From contig JAEEML010000037.1 in the NCBI GenBank assembly GCA_016283195.1, positions 1 to 57,120 of the forward strand: a stretch of 57,120 bases of DNA, read 5' to 3'. The notes beneath the pieces were generated by a model. That model saw nothing but the letters and a program-made list of their open reading frames with translations, did no database searches and was not told where the DNA came from. The translations under genes were made by a program, and so were the position numbers. The DNA comes from Deltaproteobacteria bacterium (GTDB lineage Bacteria; JAEEML01). This document shows positions 1 through 7,934 of the stretch, in pieces. How positions within the stretch are numbered: position 1 is the first letter of the stretch; every line of letters begins with the position of its first letter.

Positions 1-73
1 GCCTCTGGCTTAGCCGGGGCTTGTGCCCCGGCCAGACCTCACCCCTGCAACTATGCGATATTATTGACTAATC

Positions 74-96
74 CCCCTCTCCCAAGCGGAGAGGGG
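74..96. repeat. REP-like palindrome CCCCTCTCC-caagc-GGAGAGGGG
   Basis: Perfect 9-bp inverted repeat with a 5-nt loop; same CCCTCTC/GAGAGGG core as the hairpin interrupted by the IS. Confidence 0.6.
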
Positions 97-242
97 AAAA
101 TGAAGTGTGCCCTTCAAAGTAGACACATTCTCCGAGATGGCACACTGCTAAGGCGTTCCACTATAGCTCGGTGGTCGTTTATGAAAAACATTTAAATTCG
201 AATAGATGGGCCCTCTCTATTTGTAAAAATGGAGACAATATG

Positions 243-340
243 TAGTGACCTCACTGTGTAAGTCTCGTGGATTTACCTGTGATATTACCGATGTTAAACA
301 GCGGTAAAAGGAATTACCGCATTACAAGGAGGTCACTATG
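243..340 (+). promoter_or_regulatory. Structured transposase leader that can sequester the RBS and start codon
   Basis: TAGTGACCTC (243-252) is the exact reverse complement of GAGGTCACTA (329-338), which covers part of the AGGAGG RBS and the A of ATG; inner hairpin GCGGTAA/TTACCGC (301-320). Confidence 0.6.
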
Positions 341-1609
341 CTTGATTATAACACAATTTATGTTGGAATGGATACCCATAAAAATTCTACTTCTCTTTGC
401 GCTTTTTACGAACCGACACGCGAATATTTCGAGCCGGCTAAAGTGGGAACTTTTGATGGCATACTCAATTATTTGAAAAAGCTGACCAATTATAAACCAG
501 GCATCAGAATTATTTGTGGTTATGAGGCCGGGTGTACCGGTTTTGCGCTTTATCGTTACCTCACAGCTCATGGTATTAAATGTCGGGTTATTGCTCCATC
601 TACCATTAAGGAAGAACGCAGCAAACGGCGTGTTAAAACTGATAGACTCGATGCCCTAAAACTCGCTCAATCCCTGGCATTTGACCAATGTAAGTTTGTC
701 GCAGTGCCAACTACTGAAATAGAGGCTATTAGAGATTACATTCGGATGCGCGATGATCTTAAAGCTGAACTTAAACGCATTAAACAGCACATTAAAGCCT
801 TTTATTTGAGGCACAACAAACAATTCGACAAAAAAGAATCTTGGAATATACAACATCTTGCTTGGCTCAAAAAACTAACTTTTACCGAACCGTTACTCCG
901 CGAAACTCTTGATGAATATTTAACACATTATAACGATTTGATAGACAAAATAGCTACTCTTGATAAACGTATTTTAGAAATCGCCGAGCGTCCGGAATAC
1001 AAGAAGAATGTTAAAAATTTAAGCTGCATTAAAGGAGTTACACCTTTGTCTGCGTTAGCCTACATCAGTGAAATCGGTGATTTTAATCGTTTTGCATCAG
1101 CTAGCCAATTTGCCTCCTTTTTGGGACTAACTCCGGGCGAATATTCCAGTGGCGAAAAAGGACAAAAACTTGGTATCACCAAAGCAGGAAATACGCATAT
1201 GCGTCGCTTGCTGATTGAAGGTGCTAACACATACAAAAGAGGAGCGGTTAGCACTATATCCTCAACAGTAAAACAAAGGCAAAAAGACGCGCCGGAAGAA
1301 ATAATAATGTATGCCAATAAGGCAAGCCGCCGCTTACTGCGAAAATATCTCAAACTGACAATCGACAAGAATAAACCCAGCAATGTGGCAGCAACAGCTG
1401 TGGCTCGTGAATTATCCGGATTTATATGGGGAATGATGACAGACCGCCATCAGGTACCACCGGCAGCACCAAAGCAGGAAATAACAGCAAAAACTCTTTT
1501 ACAGGCGTTAAAACGCGATGTTAAACGGCAAGAAGAAGCCGCTAAAGAGCAGAAACATAGTAAAAAGAAAACTAAGAGTTCTAGTGATATTAAAACTGAA
1601 AGTATGTAA
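338..1609 (+). CDS. IS110-family DEDD transposase/recombinase, 423 aa
   Basis: RuvC-like motifs YVGMD, GYEAG, KTDRLDA; C-terminal Tnp motif FLGLTPGEYSSG (catalytic Ser) and ITKAGN; RBS AGGAGG. Confidence 0.96.
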   Translation: MLDYNTIYVGMDTHKNSTSLCAFYEPTREYFEPAKVGTFDGILNYLKKLTNYKPGIRIICGYEAGCTGFALYRYLTAHGIKCRVIAPSTIKEERSKRRVKTDRLDALKLAQSLAFDQCKFVAVPTTEIEAIRDYIRMRDDLKAELKRIKQHIKAFYLRHNKQFDKKESWNIQHLAWLKKLTFTEPLLRETLDEYLTHYNDLIDKIATLDKRILEIAERPEYKKNVKNLSCIKGVTPLSALAYISEIGDFNRFASASQFASFLGLTPGEYSSGEKGQKLGITKAGNTHMRRLLIEGANTYKRGAVSTISSTVKQRQKDAPEEIIMYANKASRRLLRKYLKLTIDKNKPSNVAATAVARELSGFIWGMMTDRHQVPPAAPKQEITAKTLLQALKRDVKRQEEAAKEQKHSKKKTKSSSDIKTESM

Positions 1610-1656
1610 TTACAGGTAATTAGGGAACAACGGCGATGACAACAATAACCTCGTAT

Positions 1657-1851
1657 GAAGGCATCTGGGATGAGACAGAATGTAGGTTTGAGCTATCCGC
1701 GAGCCCTCTCTGTGGCACTTAAATGTGATCCACGCATGGAGACTTGAGAGATGAAGGAGCTCACGACGGACCATTGGCCTGTAGGTAACCAATCCACGAA
1801 TATCAGAGTGGTCAAATGTCGAAGAAATTCTGTCTCATCCCCAATGCCCTC
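1657..1851 (+). ncRNA. Bridge RNA / seekRNA of the IS1111-type element (ends approximate)
   Basis: 15-bp closing stem (1667-1681 with 1827-1841) encloses two stem-loops whose loop strands match the target (CCCTCT 1704-1709, ATGGAG 1736-1741) and the donor (ATATCAG 1800-1806). Confidence 0.82.
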
Positions 1852-1902
1852 AGATGGGTTAAAAAACGGAGCTTGCACATGAAAGAATTCTAAAAAATAC
1901 CA

Positions 1903-1908
1903 TTGACA
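1903..1908 (+). promoter_or_regulatory. Outward-facing -35 (TTGACA) completing a promoter at the circle junction
   Basis: Joining the ends at the AG core gives TTGACA-N18-GACAAT, the usual IS110/IS1111 junction-promoter layout. Confidence 0.65.
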
Positions 1909-2057
1909 AACGGTCACTACATATCAGAGGGTGCGCTGCCAAATTTCCACGACTTGTGGGGTGAGGGCGCCGCAGGCAGAGGGGCGATTTTCTTAAATGA
2001 CTTGCTTCTAACAGTGAATTTTTTTCGAAATTTTTCGGCCAGGTAAGCTTTTGAAAG

Positions 2058-3278
2058 CTATTTTTGCGCCGGCTTAAGATACTCTCTTATCCCCGCGGCA
2101 ATGCCTGCTATGAGTTTTTCTCTGTACTCCGGAGAGGCCAATAGCTGCTCCTCATGCGGATTACTGATAAAATTACATTCTATTAAGATAGCGGGCATTC
2201 TGGCGCCTAAAAGAACATAGAAAAGAGCTGATTTAACCCCTTGATCTTTAACTCCTAATTCATTGCTGCCGATAATGTCCATGGTTTTACTCTGCACCAG
2301 TTCGGCCAGTTTTTGTGAGGAGGCAGTTATTTGATTCATCTTTAAATCATTCAGTACATGCTCCAGCGGGGTAACCTCTTCGCTGCTAACGCTGTTTTCC
2401 TGGGCCGCCAGGCGCTGGCTGAAACGGTCGTCGGTATTGTTGAGGTAATAAGTGGAAAAGCCGCTTAGGGCTCGCTCGGTGCTGGCATTACTGTGCAGGG
2501 AGATAAACAGATCGGCCTTTTGGTTGTTGGCAAAAGTGCTGCGCGCGGCCAGTTCCAGCTCTTTATCTTTATCTCTGGTGAGATAAATAGTGATATTTCC
2601 ATCGTTTTTTAATTCTTCGGCCAAGAGGAGGGTGAGGTCTAAAGCCACATTTTTTTCTTGCAAGCCGGTTGGTCCTACCGCGCCGGTATCATCACCGCCG
2701 TGGCCCGGATCCAGCACGATTATATAGTTTTGCTCTTCCGGCTCCGGCGGTGGAGTTACCATTAACTCGCTACTCACCGGCTCCACCTCTTGGAGAGCCG
2801 GCTTTTCCTCAGCGGCAATTGCGGGTTTGGGCTTTATTTCCAGATCAATGGCCAATCTTGTCGGCTTGGCGAGTTTGGAAACTTTATAATTATAAGCGCC
2901 GGTTAAATCAAAAACGAGGCGCACTTCGTCCTTGGATTTTTGCCCATAACGCAGCTTTTTTATTGCTTTTTCCGGCAAATTTTTAGTGGGCAACGTAGCG
3001 GGGTTTAAAAGCAAATGGCGAAAATCAATATAGAGGCGATCGGGGAGATTTTTATCAATGTCTGCCGGAATAAAACCATGAGAATATTCAGGAATATTAT
3101 TTAAATAAAATAATATTCTAATATGGTTTTCACTCTCTAAAACCCGGCTCTCTGTAATCTTGGCTTTTCTAGCGGGCTTTTTTTTCTTGGCCAGGCCGCT
3201 ATACGGAAAAGCCAGCAAAAAAAGAAGCAGCGGGCAGAGCGCTAAAAGGAGCTTTTTAGAGGTAAATATTTTCATCAT
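2058..3278 (-). CDS. amiC: N-acetylmuramoyl-L-alanine amidase (AMIN + Amidase_3)
   Basis: Signal peptide; AMIN-like RLYIDF/VRLVFDL; IVLDPGHGGDD, EK, FISLHSNA, MPAILIECNFISN. Confidence 0.88.
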   Translation of the reverse strand: MMKIFTSKKLLLALCPLLLFLLAFPYSGLAKKKKPARKAKITESRVLESENHIRILFYLNNIPEYSHGFIPADIDKNLPDRLYIDFRHLLLNPATLPTKNLPEKAIKKLRYGQKSKDEVRLVFDLTGAYNYKVSKLAKPTRLAIDLEIKPKPAIAAEEKPALQEVEPVSSELMVTPPPEPEEQNYIIVLDPGHGGDDTGAVGPTGLQEKNVALDLTLLLAEELKNDGNITIYLTRDKDKELELAARSTFANNQKADLFISLHSNASTERALSGFSTYYLNNTDDRFSQRLAAQENSVSSEEVTPLEHVLNDLKMNQITASSQKLAELVQSKTMDIIGSNELGVKDQGVKSALFYVLLGARMPAILIECNFISNPHEEQLLASPEYREKLIAGIAAGIREYLKPAQK

Positions 3279-3745
3279 CAGCCACCAAACGGCGGCGTAA
3301 AGCCCATATTTTTGGCTATATCCATCACCGCCTGCCTTTCTTCCGGCGAAAGAGCGGCTATTTTTTTGGATAATTCTTTGATTTTGCCCGGGCCTAAAGC
3401 CTTCATCAGCTCAAAGAAAGAGGGCTTTTTATCAGGATGCGCGGCCATGGTTTTTTGCAAAGCTGTAAGGTCTAAATCAGCGGCCAGATCGCGCAAAATA
3501 TCCATGGGGGCCCTGTGCCCGTTGCCCGGGGCGGCAGTAACCATTGCCGTGAAGCAAACGCGCTCGCCGGCAAAATTATGCCCGATGCCTTCTTCTTCCA
3601 GAGCACTTAAAAGGGCTGAAAGCGAGATATCCTGCTTATGGCAAAAAGCTGCCAGCTGAGCCGAGGGAAAAGAGACGGCAGAAGCCGGGAAACCGTTTTT
3701 ATTTAAATTACTTTTTACCTTTTCCACTGCATCAGTAAGAGCCAT
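3278..3745 (-). CDS. Hypothetical protein, 155 aa
   Basis: Overlaps both neighbours as part of the operon; no recognised motif. Confidence 0.7.
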   Translation of the reverse strand: MALTDAVEKVKSNLNKNGFPASAVSFPSAQLAAFCHKQDISLSALLSALEEEGIGHNFAGERVCFTAMVTAAPGNGHRAPMDILRDLAADLDLTALQKTMAAHPDKKPSFFELMKALGPGKIKELSKKIAALSPEERQAVMDIAKNMGFTPPFGG

Positions 3746-6233
3746 TTTGTTTTATTTTCTCCTTGTCTATGGCTTGACTTAGCCGCCTAAGGGCCTCTTG
3801 GGCCGGGCGATATTCCGGATGATACTCCAGCATTTTTTGAAAGGCCAGACGGGCGAGTTCAAAGTGGCCGCTTTTTTCGCGCAAAAGGCCGATATGATGC
3901 CAGGCATAAGAATCCGGTTTAATGTTGATGGCAAATTGAAAATCGCGTAGGGCTGCCGAAAAATCCCCTTTTTCCTGGTAGATAAGGCCCCTTTTATAAT
4001 ATAAATCGCTGAGCAACACCGTAGCCGCCGGCGCGGTCATTAAGGTGGTTAAAAGATCGCTATTGGCACTCTTTTGGGCAATTCTGGCAAGAGCTCTTAT
4101 TATGTAAAGAGCGTCTTTTTCGCTTGGGTGAGTCTTTAAAAGGGGCTTAAGCAGATTGATAGCTTCATCAAAACTGCCGCTATCGGCTAAAATCATAGCC
4201 CGGCAGCTCTTGGTCCAATAGCTATCTGGCAGAATTTTTTGGCTTTTTTCGCAAATAAAGGCTCTTATGGCGGCATCATTAAGGCGCTCGCCGATATTAT
4301 AAGAGAGTTGCAAAGCACTTGGAGTTTGGGCGGTAGCGGCAAAATTGTAGCGGATAAAGGCCTCTTTTAGGGCCTCTTTTTCATTTAGTTCCAAAAGGGC
4401 AGTGAGCAAAATACGCTGAGTCTCCGCATCGCTCTCAGCTCCTAAATTTATTAAAATATCTTTACCCTGCCCGGCCCGCCAGAGCATATTAATCAATTGC
4501 TTTTTGTCTTTGGATTGGGCGTTTTCCAAAGCGAGGCGCAGCTCCAAAAAGGCCTGTTCACGGTGGCCGAGGGTATTTAGAGCATGGCCGGCAGTATAGT
4601 GGGCAAACCAATTTTTAGGCCACAAGAAGAGGGCGCGGTTCACATAATGGAGCGCTTCGGTGGCTGCCTCTTTTTCGCCCCTTTGGGTTAAACTAAGAGC
4701 CATCAAAGTATAAGCATACCCATCGGCCGGCGCGTAGTGCAGAACTTTTTGCAGATTTTCTTTTAAGGCCTCACTGTTGCCGCTTGTAATGTAAGTTTGC
4801 CAGAGTGCATCATATTGTCGCGGTATATACGGCTTGGCTTTTATAGCGAGTCCGCAACTTATAAAAGCGAGCAAAATAACCATAGCCAGCAAGGCTTTAT
4901 GAGGATGGTACCAGCCTGGTACATCACGGCGGCGTCTGGCGGTAATAAGAATAGATAAGAATATGGCAATAGCCATCATAATAGCCGGTGAGCGCCAGTT
5001 GAAATCGGCTAAGTTATGGATAAACCAAGCCAGTAGGCCGATAAGAATAGTAAGCTCGCTGGCCCCAAGGTGGCGGCGGCGGAAAAATTGCCAGAGGAAT
5101 AAGGTGCCGAGGGCTAGGATAAGTATGCTGGCCGGAATGCCGAATTTTAAGGGCAAATCCAAAAAAATATTTTCGGCATAGCTGACACTTTTAAGAGCTT
5201 CCCGGCCATCGTTAACATATTGCGGGTAGAGGGTGGCAAGAGCCTCGGAACCGGCGCCGAATTGCCAGAATTTTTTAGTAATATTCCATATTTCAGGAAT
5301 GCTCGCAATTTTTTCGCCGGATAAATCAAATTCATTTACCCCAAGGGTTTTGAGCTCTTTTTGCAACCTATAAGCGCCTACACTCCAGGCTGCGGGGAGA
5401 GACAGCAAAGTTACCAGAATAAGGCTTAAAACGCCTTTTTTGCCCAGGTGTTTATGGCCGATAAAAGCTAAAATTATGAGGCCTATCGCTGTTGTAATTA
5501 TAGCTGCCCGGCTGGCAGTTAAAATAAGTCCGAGCAGCGAAAGAGCAGCCAAGCTGCCACCCCAGATTTTTTGCTCCTTTTCGCCGTTTTCATAAAGAGC
5601 GAGAGCCAGAGAAGCAAAAAGTGCCAGTGAGTAAAAAGCGGCCTGAAAATTGCTGTTTATAAAAGTGGCCGGAAAGAGAGCATCGCTCACTGCGCCGGGC
5701 GGATAAAAACGGGCACTAAAGTCCGGTAGGGCGCCGGCCAGTAATAAACTCATAAGTGCCGAGAGCGCTCCCAGGCTACCAAGAAGCCAGAGCGGCCAAA
5801 AGCGCCTTTGACTGCGGTGGCCAAAAAACGCTGATAAAATAATGAGATAGATAAAAAAGACCAGAGTTCTCACCAGAGAAAAAAGCGTCTCGCCTGGAGT
5901 TAAAGAAATAGGCAAATATTTAGGGCTAAGGCCATCAGCCCCCTTAAGTAGGTAGTTTAAAAGGTCATAATTGGCCGGAGCTAAAAAGCTTACCAGCCCC
6001 GTGGGCCAAAAAATTACGGCCTGGATAATTAAAATCAGGCACATAATAAGCATGAGCAGGAAGAGCGGCCGGGGCATGCGCCAGCGGATATTTTTTAAAA
6101 AAAGGCCGGCTAATAAGGTCGAGGCTGTGCCGCCCAAAAGCCATAAAGAAGTATTAGGATGCACTCCGCCCCAAAGAAGTACTGCCAGCACAAACCAAAA
6201 AAGAGCTAAAAGTTGCAAGAGGAGGTCTGGCAT
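3732..6233 (-). CDS. O-antigen ligase/oligosaccharyltransferase-like membrane protein with C-terminal TPRs
   Basis: Many TM segments; ATFINSNFQA, LTASRAA, FGAG, AENIFL, HNLADF (Wzy_C-like); TPR tail. Confidence 0.8.
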   Translation of the reverse strand: MPDLLLQLLALFWFVLAVLLWGGVHPNTSLWLLGGTASTLLAGLFLKNIRWRMPRPLFLLMLIMCLILIIQAVIFWPTGLVSFLAPANYDLLNYLLKGADGLSPKYLPISLTPGETLFSLVRTLVFFIYLIILSAFFGHRSQRRFWPLWLLGSLGALSALMSLLLAGALPDFSARFYPPGAVSDALFPATFINSNFQAAFYSLALFASLALALYENGEKEQKIWGGSLAALSLLGLILTASRAAIITTAIGLIILAFIGHKHLGKKGVLSLILVTLLSLPAAWSVGAYRLQKELKTLGVNEFDLSGEKIASIPEIWNITKKFWQFGAGSEALATLYPQYVNDGREALKSVSYAENIFLDLPLKFGIPASILILALGTLFLWQFFRRRHLGASELTILIGLLAWFIHNLADFNWRSPAIMMAIAIFLSILITARRRRDVPGWYHPHKALLAMVILLAFISCGLAIKAKPYIPRQYDALWQTYITSGNSEALKENLQKVLHYAPADGYAYTLMALSLTQRGEKEAATEALHYVNRALFLWPKNWFAHYTAGHALNTLGHREQAFLELRLALENAQSKDKKQLINMLWRAGQGKDILINLGAESDAETQRILLTALLELNEKEALKEAFIRYNFAATAQTPSALQLSYNIGERLNDAAIRAFICEKSQKILPDSYWTKSCRAMILADSGSFDEAINLLKPLLKTHPSEKDALYIIRALARIAQKSANSDLLTTLMTAPAATVLLSDLYYKRGLIYQEKGDFSAALRDFQFAINIKPDSYAWHHIGLLREKSGHFELARLAFQKMLEYHPEYRPAQEALRRLSQAIDKEKIKQNGSY

Positions 6234-6252
6234 AGTAACTTATTATTATTAG

Positions 6253-7917
6253 TTATTCTGCATCATAAAGATAACGCATGGCCTGGGCGAAACGGGCCTT
6301 CCAAGAAGCTTCGTTATGCCCTTGCCAGCGCCCCACCAAATGGCAAAGGTCTAAATCGGGGCGTAAATAATCGTGGTACGAAGAATAGCCGGCCGGCACC
6401 GTTTCCGACCAATAAAGCTCTTTAATTTTTGCCGGATTGGCACTCGGCGGCAAATTCTCCAGCGCCTCGGCGCCTTCTTGCAACCATTCCTGGCGCACGG
6501 CGAAACCCTTCTCCACGAGAGCATTGCGCAAATGATCAGTATAAACCCAGGCATCGGAGCTATAATTCTCTTCGCTGTCTTCGGCAGTATAAATGGTGCC
6601 GTTATCGAGATAAATTTTTAAATTTGGCTTAATGGCTGTTTTCTTTACTAAATCTTCCAAAGATTCATCGCTTAAATTAGTACGCTCATCGTCTAAAGAG
6701 CCCACCCATGAGGAAGGAGAAAGGGCTGCTACTTTGCCAAAAATATTGGGGTGCTGCCAGGCAATGCGAAAAGCTGAGAGGCCGCCCAGAGAGCTACCGG
6801 CAATAGCGGTATGCAGAGGATCGCTTTTGGTGCGAAATTCTCTATCGATAATCGGCTTTAAGGTGCTTATGACATAATCTGTATAATCGGCAAGTCGTGG
6901 CAGAATATCGCTATTATTTATATTGCAATGGAGGTATTCGGCTTCACGGTTTTGGGTGGTGATACCAACAACGATAACCGGAGCTATTTCTTTGTTATTG
7001 ATGAGATTTTCCAGAGTGGTATCAACATCCCAGGTGCCGTAAGGTGCCTTGGGATTACCATTAAAAATGTTATCTCCGTCTTGCATATAGAGGACACCTA
7101 AGCGCTCGTGCCCGGTAAAGTAGGCGGCTGGGAGCCACACTAAAATGTCTCTGGATTCTTCGCCCAGATTAGATGGTATATTAAGGCGCATGATCCGCGA
7201 GCTGCTTATTTGGTAACTGACCGAATTGCCGTTGCTGCCAAAATCTATATAGGGATTATGCGGATCGGCATACCAATTATCCGCTTGGTGTTTGAATTTA
7301 TAATATAGCCGGGAATTACGGCTATGATTCTTAGTGAGATAACGATAACTATTATTAAAAGCTACCTGCATTTTTTCCTGAGTATCGGCCCAACCCGGTT
7401 CGCTGGCTAAGTAAATATCTTCGTTTGGTTGGGCCATGGTGACAAAGAGGATAGTATCACCCTCGCGTACGGGGCCGTCGTAGTTCTCCCAAAAGAGCGC
7501 CAGTTTGGCAGCATCACCTGCCGCTTGCGCTTCCTGGAAGAGCTGATAGCGGGAAATGCACTTTTTGTCAACAGCAACATAGTTGTAATCGCAGAGGCAA
7601 TAGGGCTGCTCGTTATCAAGCAAGCACTCGCCATGAGGGGCGCAGGCATAAGCGGCGCAAGGTGCTGCAGGAGTTATTATGTCGCTTTGTCCATCACTTT
7701 GTCCATCGGTAATATCATGGTTATCACTTTGCGCATCGCTTTGCCCATCACTCGGCTGATGGCTGTTATTGCCTGGATTGTTTTGGTTATTATTTGGGCC
7801 GCTATTATTATTTGTTTTTGCGGTGCCGTTATTATTTGGCAAATCATTTTCAATTTTTTCGCAAGAAACGGCAAGGAGCAGAAGCGCTAAAAAGAATAAT
7901 CGGCCTTTTTTGAACAT
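6253..7917 (-). CDS. Lipoprotein alpha/beta-hydrolase esterase with EGF-like and Ig/CBM-like N-terminal modules
   Basis: Lipobox LAVSC; Asn-rich linker; 6-Cys EGF-like unit; VLYMQDG, GSSLGG nucleophile, GHNEASW. Confidence 0.82.
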   Translation of the reverse strand: MFKKGRLFFLALLLLAVSCEKIENDLPNNNGTAKTNNNSGPNNNQNNPGNNSHQPSDGQSDAQSDNHDITDGQSDGQSDIITPAAPCAAYACAPHGECLLDNEQPYCLCDYNYVAVDKKCISRYQLFQEAQAAGDAAKLALFWENYDGPVREGDTILFVTMAQPNEDIYLASEPGWADTQEKMQVAFNNSYRYLTKNHSRNSRLYYKFKHQADNWYADPHNPYIDFGSNGNSVSYQISSSRIMRLNIPSNLGEESRDILVWLPAAYFTGHERLGVLYMQDGDNIFNGNPKAPYGTWDVDTTLENLINNKEIAPVIVVGITTQNREAEYLHCNINNSDILPRLADYTDYVISTLKPIIDREFRTKSDPLHTAIAGSSLGGLSAFRIAWQHPNIFGKVAALSPSSWVGSLDDERTNLSDESLEDLVKKTAIKPNLKIYLDNGTIYTAEDSEENYSSDAWVYTDHLRNALVEKGFAVRQEWLQEGAEALENLPPSANPAKIKELYWSETVPAGYSSYHDYLRPDLDLCHLVGRWQGHNEASWKARFAQAMRYLYDAE

Positions 7918-7934
7918 AATAAACCCAAATGCTT

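Larger units (their letters stand above)
235..1927 (+). mobile_element. IS110-family insertion sequence, IS1111-type (subterminal IRs, 3' non-coding end)
   Basis: Perfect 13-bp IRs ATATGTAGTGACC (238-250) and GGTCACTACATAT (1912-1924); AG dinucleotide at both junctions (233-234, 1926-1927); IS110 recombinase inside; visibly more AT-rich than the host genes. Confidence 0.92.

Noticed and set aside
1610..1917. Small minus-strand ORFs in the IS 3' end
   Set aside because: Better explained by the structured guide RNA; no protein motif.
232..1929. GAG as a 3-bp target-site duplication
   Set aside because: IS110 elements do not make TSDs. The AG core at 1926-1927 restores the target hairpin, fits the guides and gives workable promoter spacing.
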